Of a stretch of 64,000 nucleotides of DNA, positions 1 to 9,552 are shown piece after piece. Location: NCBI GenBank assembly GCA_963716725.1, contig CAVQUB010000011.1, positions 224,001 to 288,000 on the forward strand, read 5' to 3'. The stretch comes from an uncultured delta proteobacterium (lineage in GTDB: Bacteria; Myxococcota_A; Polyangia; Polyangiales; Polyangiaceae). Under the pieces are notes generated by a model, which was given only the letters and a program-made list of their open reading frames with translations, was not told where the DNA came from and did not search any database. Each line of letters begins with the position of its first letter. The stretch's first letter is position 1. Made by a program: the position numbers and the translations under genes.

Positions 1-463
1 CGCGTACGTGGTCATGGGTGGCGCCGCCTTCGCGACCTTCGCGGCGGTGGCGGCGACCGGAGAGCCGCTGGTGGGCATCTTGGTCGGCGCCATCTCGGGC
101 ATCGTCGCTCTGCTCGTGCTGTTTGCGCTGGGCGTCGTGATCAACGCCGCACACACGCGCGCCGAGCTCACCGAAGATCTGGGCGAAGCGCTGAAGCTGG
201 GACAGATCATGAGCTACTCGAAGGCGACCTTTGGCCAAGTGCTGCTCAAGAACATCACCTTCGGCTTCATCGCCTTCTGCCTGATCTTGGTCGGCATTTT
301 GCTCTGCTACCTGGGCTTGTACCCAGCCATCGTGGTCGTTCAGATCGCCGCCATGCACCTCAGGTATCAAATCTACTCGGACTACCTGGCCAGGGGCGGC
401 GAGCCCATCACGCTCAAACCCCCGCAGACGCTGCCTTCGGAAGCGCGCGCCGCCGGATATTGA
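1..463 (+). CDS. DUF4013-like membrane protein (5' end outside window)
   Basis: Hydrophobic helices; C-terminus similar to the adjacent paralogue (TRAELTE..., LC...G, HLRYQIY). Confidence 0.65.
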   Translation, partial: AYVVMGGAAFATFAAVAATGEPLVGILVGAISGIVALLVLFALGVVINAAHTRAELTEDLGEALKLGQIMSYSKATFGQVLLKNITFGFIAFCLILVGILLCYLGLYPAIVVVQIAAMHLRYQIYSDYLARGGEPITLKPPQTLPSEARAAGY

Positions 464-466
464 GCC

Positions 467-1309
467 TTGGCCGAGTCGGTTCCGCCGGACGAGGAGCTGT
501 CGAGGCCAGCGCCCCTTGGCGTGCCCGATCGCCTTGCGCCGGGGCCAGCCGAGACCCGAAGCGCGAAGGTCAGCGAGGCGCTCAGCTTCGCCTTCGACGA
601 CAAGCGGAGCTTGCTGGTCGGCGGGCTCTGGCTCTTGGTTCCCATCGCCGGGTTTCTCGCCATCCAAGGCTGGGCCGCCGAGGCGCAACACCGGCTGCTG
701 ATGAACCACCCGGATCCGGTGCCGCGGCTCAGCTTCCGTGACTTCGCCCACTATGCGCGCCGCGGTGGTCCCGCCGCCTTGATCGAAGCGGTGGGGTTCG
801 GCGTGTTCTGGGCCCTCGCCGTGGGGCTCTTCGGTCTCCTGAACGCGAGCCTCCTGGCCGCGGGGCTGGTGGCAGGCTCCGTGGTGGTGCCCCTTGCGGT
901 ACTGTGCGCGGGCCTCGCCGTCGCGCTGACTCTGCTGGGAATGGTCACCGTCGTGTTCAACGCCATGCTCACCCGGGCGGAGCTGACCGAGCGGCTCGCC
1001 GACGCCGCGGCGCTGGGCGAAGCGTGGCGCGAAGCGCGCCCGATGCGTCGCAAGACCTTCGTCACCTACCTGCTGTACGTGCCGGTCACGCTGGCGCTCC
1101 TGATTTTCGGTAGCGCCTTGTGTGGTGTCGGCGTCCTACCAGCCCTGGTGGCGGTCAAGCTCACCGGCGCGCACCTTCGCTTCCAGCTCTACCAACAGCG
1201 CTTGGCGCGGGGCGGCTCGGCGTTGCCGGCCTGTGCGCCGCGGGCCCTGCCCTCGGAGCGACACCTGGTGCCGGTCCTGCAAATCGGCAGCGCGGAGAAG
1301 AAGCGATGA
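467..1309 (+). CDS. DUF4013-like membrane protein
   Basis: 280-aa ORF with 'ALSFAFDDKR..LLVGGL..LVPIAG...GW' N-terminus typical of the family; tandem paralogue of the upstream gene. Confidence 0.7.
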   Translation: MAESVPPDEELSRPAPLGVPDRLAPGPAETRSAKVSEALSFAFDDKRSLLVGGLWLLVPIAGFLAIQGWAAEAQHRLLMNHPDPVPRLSFRDFAHYARRGGPAALIEAVGFGVFWALAVGLFGLLNASLLAAGLVAGSVVVPLAVLCAGLAVALTLLGMVTVVFNAMLTRAELTERLADAAALGEAWREARPMRRKTFVTYLLYVPVTLALLIFGSALCGVGVLPALVAVKLTGAHLRFQLYQQRLARGGSALPACAPRALPSERHLVPVLQIGSAEKKR

Positions 1310-3136
1310 GGGCGGCAGGCGTGGCACTAGTTGCCGTGATGAGCTGCACGCCGAACCCGAATGGCGCGCCCAGCGAAGGAGCCGCGACCCGCACCTCAGC
1401 CACGACCGCGCCGGCGGCGCCGTCGAGCCCGCTGACGGTGTCGGCGTCGGCGTCGGCGTCGGCGTCGGCCGCCCCGCCGCCCGCCCCCGAGACCCTCGAA
1501 TCTCGGCCCGACGCCCATTTTGAAACCCGGCGGAGCGAAGACCGTGCGCGGCACGAACGGGATCGTCGTCGCCGTCGATCCCGAGGCGTCACGCATCGGT
1601 GCACGCGTGCTCGAAGACGGCGGCAACGCGGTGGACGCGACCGTCGCCGTGGCCTTCGTCCTCGCCGTCACCCACCCGAGCGCGGGCAACCTGGGGGGCG
1701 GTGGGTTCATGCTGGTTCGACCCAAGGACGGTCCAACCCAGGCCATCGACTTCCGCGAAACCGCGCCAGCGAGCCTGCCGCGGGCGACCTTCGACGAAAT
1801 GATCGCCAAGGACGGCAGCGGGCCGGTCTCCGTCGGCGTCCCCGGGACGGTCCGCGGACTCGCCCTCGCGCACGAGAAGTTCGGCAAGCTGCCCTGGGCC
1901 AAGCTGGTCGAGCCCGCGCGACGCTTGGCCGAGCAGGGTCACCGCATCCGAAGCCGGGAAGCGCAGACCATCGCGTGGAGCTGGTCCAAGCTGAAGAAGG
2001 ATCCGGCGGCGCGCGCCGAGTTCGGCGATGGGGGCAAGCCGCGCAAAGAGAAGGACACGCTGGTCCGCAAGGATCTCGCCAAGACCCTGGCGCGCATCGC
2101 GAGAGACGGCGCTGCCGGCTTCTACGAAGGCGAGACGGCGAAAGCCATCTCCTCGACGCTGCAGCAACGCGGCGGCACGCTGAGCATGCAAGATCTCGCG
2201 AACTACGCGGCCAAGCTGCGCTCGCCCCTCGAGATCGACTATCGCGGCCTCCGGGTGGAGACCATGCCGCCGCCCTCCGCAGGTGGCGTCGCGCTGCTCC
2301 AGCTCTTGGGAATTCTCCAGCACGAACGCGCGTACACCCGAAGCGCTGGCTCGGTCGAGGACGCCCACCTGTTCCTGGAGGCTTCGCGCCGCGCGCAGGC
2401 CGCCAGGCGCTTCGGTGTCGTCGATCCGGACTCCCTTGCACCCGAAGAACTGGCCGAGCGGATCACTCGCTTCCGCGACGTGCACGCGCTGTTGACCCGC
2501 CTGCCCATCGATCTCGACCGCCCCACACCGTCGGAGAAGGTCCATCCGCTGTACCGCGAGGCGATGCGTGAGCTGGAGCACACCACGCATTTTTCAGTTA
2601 TTGACCAGGGCGGCATGGCGGTGAGCTGCACCACGACTCTGTCGGCGGGGTTCGGGTCGAAGATCGTCGTGCCGAAGACCGGCATCGTGCTCAACAACGC
2701 CGTGGCGTCCTTCGGCAGCTTCGGCGAAAACCAGCCCGTCGGCGGCAGGCGCACGGTGAGCAGCATGGCGCCCACGCTGGTCACCCGGAACGGCGAGCTC
2801 GTGCTCGTGCTCGGCTCCCCCGGTGGCGACACGATCCCGAGCACGGTCGCCCAGGTCTTTCACAACCTGGTGGATCACGGCATGACGCTGGATCGAGCGG
2901 TGGAGTCCGGCCGCCTGCACCACGGTTTCGTCCCGGACGAGATCCGCTACGAACGAGCCCGCCCACCATCGAAGCAAGCGCTCGATGGGCTGAAGAAGCT
3001 GGGCCACGTGATCAGCAAGAAGACCATCCCGATGGGAGACGCCAACAACATCTCGATCGTCGATGGCGTGGCCTACGGGATGGCCGATCCGCGCGAGGGC
3101 GGGCAGGCCGTCGCCGCCCGCGCCCAGCGGCGCTGA
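1306..3136 (+). CDS. ggt: Gamma-glutamyltransferase family protein (lipoprotein), apparent +1 frameshift near 1485-1500
   Basis: GGNAVDA, GNLGGGGF, IDFRE, HTTHFS (Thr nucleophile), SSMAP and GSPGG motifs. Signal peptide MRAAGVALVAVMSC starts at ATG 1306 in a different frame from the catalytic ORF 1520-3136. Confidence 0.85.
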
Positions 3137-3146
3137 CTCGCCGCGC

Positions 3147-3875
3147 TCAGCCCAAGTGTTCGGCGTAGAACCTTCGACGCCACTCGAAGAAGCGCGCGTA
3201 CTTCGCCGCGTCGGCGAAACCCGGAACGCCGATGCCCTCCCATTCCGGCAGCGCAGAGTGACGGGTCTTGGGGAACTCCAGGTGAAACGCCAGCCCCGCG
3301 GCGGCGACGTCGGCGAGAGACGGCTCGTCGCCGCAGAGGTAGCGGTGCTTCTCGAGCCGCTCGCAGAGTTCCCCGAGCAGAATGTGAGTCCGCTCCACGG
3401 ATTTCTCGACGAGGCGCTTGGCCTTGCCCAGACGCATCAGCGGGTGCACCGCCCGCGCCGCCAAGCGTCCGCGACCGAGGCCCCAGACCTCGACCTCGAG
3501 CAGGCGCTCCACGTCTCGGGGGCGCTCGCGCACGATCCAATCGAACCAAGCCACCGGCGCGTAGCTGCCCATCCAGTGATCGATCCGATCTTCGAGCGCC
3601 ATCACTTCTCGGCGAGCATCGGGGCTCGACGGCAAGAGGCGCGGTTCGGGGGTCCGGTCCTCCAGATAGAGCGCGATCTCGGTGGAGTCCGCCACGATGC
3701 GCCCGCCGTCGTCGATCACCGGTGCTTTGCGTTGACCACTGAGCCGATACAGCCCGACCTGCGGCAGCCCGAGCCGACGCTCCTCGATGCGAAATTGGAG
3801 CTTCTTGAACTCGAGCAGCGCTCGTCCCTTTTCGGAGAAGTGACTGAGTGGAAACCGGTAGAGCACGATGGCCAT
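3147..3875 (-). CDS. Glutathione S-transferase family protein
   Basis: LYRFPLSHFSEK, GQRKAPVI, DSTEIALYL, YLCGDEPSLAD motifs. Confidence 0.9.
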   Translation of the reverse strand: MAIVLYRFPLSHFSEKGRALLEFKKLQFRIEERRLGLPQVGLYRLSGQRKAPVIDDGGRIVADSTEIALYLEDRTPEPRLLPSSPDARREVMALEDRIDHWMGSYAPVAWFDWIVRERPRDVERLLEVEVWGLGRGRLAARAVHPLMRLGKAKRLVEKSVERTHILLGELCERLEKHRYLCGDEPSLADVAAAGLAFHLEFPKTRHSALPEWEGIGVPGFADAAKYARFFEWRRRFYAEHLG

Positions 3876-3933
3876 GGGCCGCTCTGCTAGCACGGGCGCG
3901 CGCAGGCGCGGATCGCGTGTAGAGTGGGCGCCC

Positions 3934-4521
3934 ATGTGGGACGACCGTTACAGCGAGCCGGGCTACGCCTACGGCTCTGAGCCCAATGACTTCCTGGTCA
4001 GCGTCGTCGAACGCATTCCACCGGGACCTGTGCTGTGTCTGGCCGAGGGAGAGGGTCGCAACGCCGTCTTTCTGGCGGGCCGCGGCCATGCGGTCACCGC
4101 CGTCGATGCCTCGGCGATCGGACTCGGAAAGGCCCGGTCGCTGGCAGCGGAGCGAAAGGTCACCATCGAGACGGTGTGCTCGGATCTTGCCGACTACACC
4201 ATCACGCCCGATCACTGGGCGGGCATCGTCTGCATCTGGTGCCACCTGCCCGGCGCGCTCCGCGAAAGAGTGCACCGGGCGGCGGCCGCGGGCCTTCGCT
4301 CTGGCGGCGTGATCGTGCTCGAAGCCTACACGCCGGCGCAGCTGGCTCTGGGAACCGGCGGCCCGAAGGTCAGCGAACTGCTCTACACACGCGAGCTTCT
4401 GGAGCGCGACTTCGAAGGCCTCGAGTGGATCATCGCCCGCGAAACCGAACGCGAGATCCACGAGGGCAAGTACCACGGCGGCCGGAGCGCGGTCGTGCAG
4501 CTCGTGGGGCGCAAGCCATAG
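3934..4521 (+). CDS. Class I SAM-dependent methyltransferase (TehB-like)
   Basis: MWDDRY...YAYG.EPNDFL and LCLAEGEGRNAVFLA motif I. Confidence 0.9.
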   Translation: MWDDRYSEPGYAYGSEPNDFLVSVVERIPPGPVLCLAEGEGRNAVFLAGRGHAVTAVDASAIGLGKARSLAAERKVTIETVCSDLADYTITPDHWAGIVCIWCHLPGALRERVHRAAAAGLRSGGVIVLEAYTPAQLALGTGGPKVSELLYTRELLERDFEGLEWIIARETEREIHEGKYHGGRSAVVQLVGRKP

Positions 4522-4530
4522 CGGAGCCGT

Positions 4531-4566
4531 CGCGAGTGCCGCGATTGCCGCGAGTGCCGTGCGGTG
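4531..4566. repeat. Intergenic 9-bp tandem repeat (CGCGAGTGC-like x3-4)
   Basis: CGCGAGTGC CGCGATTGC CGCGAGTGC CGTGCGGTG read directly. Confidence 0.7.
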
Positions 4567-4605
4567 ACCCTTGACGCCGACGACCGTCGCACCCCTACTT
4601 CCGGC

Positions 4606-5046
4606 ATGCCACTCCGAGATCTCGACGTCGCAAAGACCACGCGCATCTTGAACACGATCATCGAGTACGAGCTCGCGGGCGTCGTGCGCTACACCCACTA
4701 TGCGCTGATGGTTGCCGGGCCGAACCGCATCCCGATCGTCGCGTTCTTGACGGCGCAGGCTCAAGAGTCACTGCTGCACGCCCAGCAGGCCGGCGAAGTC
4801 CTCACCGGCCTCGAGGGGCACCCCTCGATGCGCATCGCGCCCCTCGAAGAGACGAATCAGCACTCGATCCAGGCGCTGCTGCAAGAGAGCCTGAATCACG
4901 AGCTCGAGGCCGTGAAGCACTACAAGGCGCTGCTCGAGGCCGTGGAGAACGCGAGCATCTACCTGGAGGAGTTCGCGCGGACCATGATCGGCGCCGAAGA
5001 GCGCCACCAGCTCGAGCTGAAGAAGATGCTCCGCGACTTCAGCTGA
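4606..5046 (+). CDS. Bacterioferritin/ferritin-like protein
   Basis: Di-iron ligand pattern YELAGVVRY, QESLLHA, HELEA, AEERH. Confidence 0.85.
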   Translation: MPLRDLDVAKTTRILNTIIEYELAGVVRYTHYALMVAGPNRIPIVAFLTAQAQESLLHAQQAGEVLTGLEGHPSMRIAPLEETNQHSIQALLQESLNHELEAVKHYKALLEAVENASIYLEEFARTMIGAEERHQLELKKMLRDFS

Positions 5047-5068
5047 GCCCGGGCCCAGCTCGGGCTCA
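5044..5068. terminator. Hairpin spanning two convergent stop codons
   Basis: TGAGCCCG-N9-CGGGCTCA inverted repeat; no U-tract. Confidence 0.4.
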
Positions 5069-6829
5069 CTTCTTGGTGTAGGGGTTGTCGGCGAAGCCGC
5101 CGCCCGCCGTGGGCCCTGGTTTGGGCCCTGGTCTCAGCCCCGGGCCAGAGGTCGGCCGCTTGGCAAACTCGATCACGAGCTCGTCCGAGCTCGATGGGAT
5201 CATGCTGCGCTTCGTCCGCCCATCCGCCGCCACGGCGTCGACGAGGGCGCCGGACGCGGGACGCGCCGGCAACCCGACCTCCGGCGACGCCGGAGTGATC
5301 TTGATGATCTCTTTGCCGATCGTCAGCTTGGCGATGTCGGCGTTGGCCCGAACCATGAAGGGTTGGGGCTTGGCCTCGTTCGGGGTGGGCGCAGGCGCAG
5401 GCGCAGGCGTGGCCGTGGCCGTGGCCGTCGCCGTGCGGGGCGGCTGAGCAGCGCCGACGGCCGACGCCGACGCCGACGCCGACGCCAAAGCATCCGCGGC
5501 CGCACCTCGCCCCATCAACGACACGCTGATCACGCCGAGGAGCACGAATGCGATGCCGGCCCCGCTCGCCACGCCGATGATCGCGGCGCGGTTGCGGCGG
5601 TCCGCGAGGGCGGTCGAGATGGTGCGCTGAACCGAGTCGGTGACTCCGCTGGTCCCCGGCGCGCGGCCACTACCGCCCTGTTCTCTCCAAGCGATGGTGG
5701 CGCCGGTGGTGTCGTCACGGGTCCGCGGTGGATCCGTCTGGGGCTCGAGTTCCTCCTCGGCGGTCATCAGCGACGGCTCGCGATCCCCCGAGAACGACGG
5801 CGACGGCTGGCGCGCAGCCTCGTGCAGTGCGCCGGCGAGCTCCCCCGCGCGGCCCCGCAGGCGGCGGATCTCCTCGACCTTCTTCCGGCGATCAGCGAGC
5901 TTGGGGCCGACCACACGGCGCACGAACTCCGCCACGTCGGTGGTGTCCGCGACGGGATGCGCGGCCAGGAGCCTTCGTCGCAGGGCGTCCGCGCTGGGAC
6001 AGCGCTCCGCGAGCTCTCGGGTCAGCGCCCAGTCCAGCGCGTCGTCGAGCTCCTCGGGCAGTTCGGGCCGAACGCTACGCAGGCGAGGCGGGTCTTCGTT
6101 GACGATCTTGAGCAGCGCACCGATCTCGTCCTCGGTGTCGTAGAGGCGATCCCCAACGATGGCCTCCCAGGCCACAGCGCCGGCTGCCCAGACATCGCAG
6201 CGCTGGTCCACCTTCGCGCCCCGAGCCTGCTCCGGAGCCATGTAGGCGATCTTGCCTTTGATCTTCCCGGTGCGTGTGTGCCCGGCGGTGTAGGCCATCT
6301 TCGCGATGCCAAAGTCCGTGAGGCGGCTCACCCCGTCGGTCCCCACCAGGATGTTGTGCGGTGAGAAGTCGCGGTGCACAACGCCCAGGCTCTCGCCGTG
6401 CTTGCCCTTGAGCTCGTGGGCGGCGAAGAGCCCCGCCAGCGCGTCCGTCACGATCCGGAGCCCGATGGGCGTCGGGATACGCTCACCGAGCCGCTTCATC
6501 GTGCGCCTCAGCCCGGCCAAGGTGTCGCCCTCCACGTACTCCATCACCAGAAAGAGACCATTTGGATCCTCCCCGACGTCGATCACCGGAACCACGTTGG
6601 GGTGGCAGATCTTCGCCGCGAGCTTGGCTTCTTTCAGCAGGTCGTTCGCGAGGTGGGAGTCCGAGTCGGCGGTGCCGTGGATCATCTTCACGGCGACTTG
6701 GCGTTGAAACCCGCCATCGCGTGCGGCGATGCCCAGATACACGGTGGCCATGCCGCCGGCGCCGATGGGCGCCAGCAGCTCGTACCAACCCACGCGCTCC
6801 GGGAATGGAGCCGAGATCTTGGACACCAC
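5066..6829 (-). CDS. Membrane-anchored Hanks-type Ser/Thr protein kinase
   Basis: IGAGGMATVY, VAVK, HRDFSPHN, DFGIAK, YMAPE; TM helix; GTG start at 6829 or 6826. Confidence 0.93.
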   Translation of the reverse strand: MVSKISAPFPERVGWYELLAPIGAGGMATVYLGIAARDGGFQRQVAVKMIHGTADSDSHLANDLLKEAKLAAKICHPNVVPVIDVGEDPNGLFLVMEYVEGDTLAGLRRTMKRLGERIPTPIGLRIVTDALAGLFAAHELKGKHGESLGVVHRDFSPHNILVGTDGVSRLTDFGIAKMAYTAGHTRTGKIKGKIAYMAPEQARGAKVDQRCDVWAAGAVAWEAIVGDRLYDTEDEIGALLKIVNEDPPRLRSVRPELPEELDDALDWALTRELAERCPSADALRRRLLAAHPVADTTDVAEFVRRVVGPKLADRRKKVEEIRRLRGRAGELAGALHEAARQPSPSFSGDREPSLMTAEEELEPQTDPPRTRDDTTGATIAWREQGGSGRAPGTSGVTDSVQRTISTALADRRNRAAIIGVASGAGIAFVLLGVISVSLMGRGAAADALASASASASAVGAAQPPRTATATATATPAPAPAPTPNEAKPQPFMVRANADIAKLTIGKEIIKITPASPEVGLPARPASGALVDAVAADGRTKRSMIPSSSDELVIEFAKRPTSGPGLRPGPKPGPTAGGGFADNPYTKK

Positions 6830-6936
6830 GAAAACTATACCCGACCGCCCTGGCCGCTGCTCCGCCGAACCGGTGCGCCACCCCAGCGGGCGGCTCAGCG
6901 CCGAGCTATACTGCTGTGCGTCCCTCAGAAAACGCC

Positions 6937-7770
6937 GTGAAATACCGCACAACCCGCCAAATCGCCGCCGTGGCTCTGGCCGCGGTGGCGCCCGCCTGCC
7001 TCGGGATCGCGGAGGTGGAGCCGGACGGAAGCGGGGGAGCCACCGGGAGCGGCGGCTCCAGCGTCGACGCGAGCGGCGAGTTCCCCACCAGCTCGGGAGC
7101 CACCGGCGGGGCACTCTCCGACGCGGCGAGCGGCGGATCCGGCGGCTCCGGAGGCAGCGGGGGGTCCGGAGGCAGCGGGGGGTCCGGCAGCGGCGGCACC
7201 GGCGGCACCGGCGGCGGATCCGGTGGCGGCGGCTCGCTGATCTTGAAGCCCGGGCCGGGGCTCAGCGGCGACGGCTTTCTGGCGTTGCTCTCCCTGTGTG
7301 GCGAGAAGGTCCACGACTCGTACCAGCAGGCGAACTACAAAGCGATCCACGTCGGACGCGACCTGCCCTGCGGGAGCAAGGCCACTTACCGCGCGTTTCT
7401 GCGCTTCGGCCTCTCGGCAGTGCCGGCGCCGGTGAAGAAGGCGACGCTGAAGATTTATTACGCCCAGAAGAAAGATCCGACGGCGGGCGTGTCGCTGCTC
7501 GCCATCAGCGACTTCCAGCAGCTCGTCAGCGCGAGCTGGGACGCTGCGGTGCTGACCGACTTGGGCACGATGATCAACCCGGGCACCGCTCCGGGGTGGA
7601 TCGCGACCGACGTATCGGGCCCCGTCCAGGCCGCTCAGGCCTCGGGCGCCGCGGCCTTCGAGCTGCGCTACCAGGACGAAGGCCAGGACCCGGCAGGGAA
7701 ATCCCGCTGGTACGGCGTGGTCGCGACCGAAAATGGCTCTCTGGGCCCCGAGCTAGCAGTCGAATACTGA
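6937..7770 (+). CDS. Lipoprotein with Gly/Ser linker and DNRLRE/CBM96-like beta domain
   Basis: Signal ending APAC, GGSGGS linker, 'YRAFLRF.LS....VKKATLKIY...GPELAVEY'. Confidence 0.6.
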   Translation: MKYRTTRQIAAVALAAVAPACLGIAEVEPDGSGGATGSGGSSVDASGEFPTSSGATGGALSDAASGGSGGSGGSGGSGGSGGSGSGGTGGTGGGSGGGGSLILKPGPGLSGDGFLALLSLCGEKVHDSYQQANYKAIHVGRDLPCGSKATYRAFLRFGLSAVPAPVKKATLKIYYAQKKDPTAGVSLLAISDFQQLVSASWDAAVLTDLGTMINPGTAPGWIATDVSGPVQAAQASGAAAFELRYQDEGQDPAGKSRWYGVVATENGSLGPELAVEY

Positions 7771-7802
7771 CGCCCTTTGTGCTCCAATCTCCCGAGGAGG
7801 AG

Positions 7803-8894
7803 ATGGGCATGCCTCGCATCGCCGTGCTGACATCCGGCGGAGACGCACCGGGAATGAACGCTGCGCTCCGCACCATCGCCAAGGTCGCTGCCGTCCACGG
7901 GGTCGAGGTGATCGGGTTCGAGGACGGCTACGACGGACTGATTGACGGTCGCGTGCGTGCGCTCACGCACCGAAGTGCAGAGGGGCTCACCACGACGCAG
8001 GAGGTCGGCCTCGCCGGCAACCTCGGAGGAACCTTCCTGGGCAGCTCGCGCTCGGCGCGCTTCATGACACCGGAGGGGCGCGCCGGTGCGGCGATTCGCC
8101 TGGACGGCTTCACTGGCCTGATCGTCATCGGCGGCAATGGCTCCCTCACCGGCGCCCACAAGCTCGCCCAAGAGACCGGCGTCAAAGTCATGGGCGTGCC
8201 GGCTTCCATCGACAACGACGTGGGCTGCACCTCCACGGCCATCGGGGTCGACAGCGCGCTCAACGTGATCGTCGAGGCCTGCGACCGCATCAGCGACACT
8301 GCCCGATCGCACCACCGCGCCTTCATCATCGAGGTGATGGGGCGCCACTCGGGCTACCTGGCCATGGCCTCCGCGATCGCCGTCGGCGCCGACGGGATCT
8401 TGTTCCGCGAGCAATCCAGAAACGAGGCCGAGCTGGTCAGCCGGGTCGCCGATCTCTTGCGACGCGGCTTCGCCGATCGCACCGACAAGCGTCGGGTGTT
8501 GGTGATCAAGTCCGAGGGCGTGGAGATCCCGTGCACGCGCCTCGTGCGTTTGGTGCAAGACGAGCTCGCAACGGATCTCCCTGAGGTGGAGGTGCGCGCG
8601 ACGGTGCTCGGGCACCTGGTCCGCGGCGGTAGTCCGTCCTACCAAGACCGCATGGTCGCCGGCCGCCTGGGCCTCGCGGCGCTCGACGCGCTGATGGCGG
8701 GCGAGACGGATCAGATGGTGGCGTGGCTGCCGCAGCAGGTCGAGGGCGGCGTGCCGACCTCGGACCCCGCGGTGCAGCGTTTCACTCTGACGCAGGTGCT
8801 CGACGAGACCCGCGCCTTGCTCGACGGCACCAGCGCCGTGACGCGGTGGCGCGTCGGCATGCTCGAAAAGCTGGAAGGCGCCCTCGGGTTGTGA
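7803..8894 (+). CDS. pfkA: 6-phosphofructokinase (ATP-dependent type)
   Basis: LTSGGDAPGMN, GGTFLGSSR, IGGNGS, SIDND, EVMGRHSGYLA, LGHLVRGG; GAGGAG RBS. Confidence 0.93.
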   Translation: MGMPRIAVLTSGGDAPGMNAALRTIAKVAAVHGVEVIGFEDGYDGLIDGRVRALTHRSAEGLTTTQEVGLAGNLGGTFLGSSRSARFMTPEGRAGAAIRLDGFTGLIVIGGNGSLTGAHKLAQETGVKVMGVPASIDNDVGCTSTAIGVDSALNVIVEACDRISDTARSHHRAFIIEVMGRHSGYLAMASAIAVGADGILFREQSRNEAELVSRVADLLRRGFADRTDKRRVLVIKSEGVEIPCTRLVRLVQDELATDLPEVEVRATVLGHLVRGGSPSYQDRMVAGRLGLAALDALMAGETDQMVAWLPQQVEGGVPTSDPAVQRFTLTQVLDETRALLDGTSAVTRWRVGMLEKLEGALGL

Positions 8895-9025
8895 CCTTCG
8901 GCCCCTCGGGGAGCCGCCGACGATGACCAACAAAGCCGACCGGATACGCTCGTCGCGGCCCGAACCCCGCTACTGGACGGGATCGTCGAGCTGGGGTTCC
9001 GAAGAATAGGGAATCGTTACCGTTG

Positions 9026-9109
9026 TGCGAAGGAGAGGACTTGAACCTCCATGGGAGTTACCCCGCTAGCACCTCAAGCTAGTGCGTCTGCCAGTTCCGC
9101 CACCTTCGC
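9026..9109 (-). tRNA. tRNA-Leu (anticodon GAG), CCA not encoded
   Basis: Minus strand GCGAAGGTGGCGGAACTGGCAGACGCA CTAGC-TTGAGGT-GCTAG, long variable arm, GGTTCAAGTCC, CCTTCGC-A. Confidence 0.96.
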
Positions 9110-9119
9110 GGGTGTCCGG

Positions 9120-9149
9120 AGTGGCAATCGAATGGTACCGATTGCCACT
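9120..9149 (-). promoter_or_regulatory. 11-bp inverted repeat enclosing a TACCAT -10-like hexamer upstream of the tRNA
   Basis: AGTGGCAATCG-AATGGTAC-CGATTGCCACT. Confidence 0.5.
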
Positions 9150-9233
9150 TGGGAGGCCCGGATCTAGCCCAGGGATGGGGCTGACGGCAACCCGTTTCCG
9201 CGGGGCTCCGCGAAGCTCGCCGATCGCCCCATC

Positions 9234-9264
9234 CAGCGGCCCAGCGGCCCAGCGGCCCAGCGGC
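9234..9264. repeat. 8-bp tandem repeat CAGCGGCC x~4
   Basis: Read directly. Confidence 0.75.
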
Positions 9265-9552
9265 AGGACATCGCCGAGATTCACCTCGGCCATTCGCCGG
9301 TTGCCAGTCCCGGTGAAAGTGGTGGGCGCGAACGACCTGACGATAGGCTGAGATGTGCCTGCCGGCGCCCCAGTGCCGCGAGTCCAGGGTGCCGACTTCC
9401 GCAGCGGGATCGGGGTGCCGGGGGGTTACGCCCAGTCTCGACCCTTCGCGCCGCCTTGCGCACGAAAGCGTCGCGGGGCAAGGTGGTCAGGCTGAATCCT
9501 CGGCGTCGCCCCGCATCGAATTCGGGGAGTCGATCCCTTGGACCCCACAAAC

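Noticed and set aside
8895..9110. tRNA-Leu as an integration site for a mobile element
   Set aside because: No integrase nearby and no duplicated tRNA 3' end seen in the window; pfkA flanks the 3' side.
9270..9530. Riboswitch or ncRNA upstream of the membrane protein gene
   Set aside because: Only a small GCCGAG/CTCGGC hairpin is present, with no match to consensus elements I recognise.
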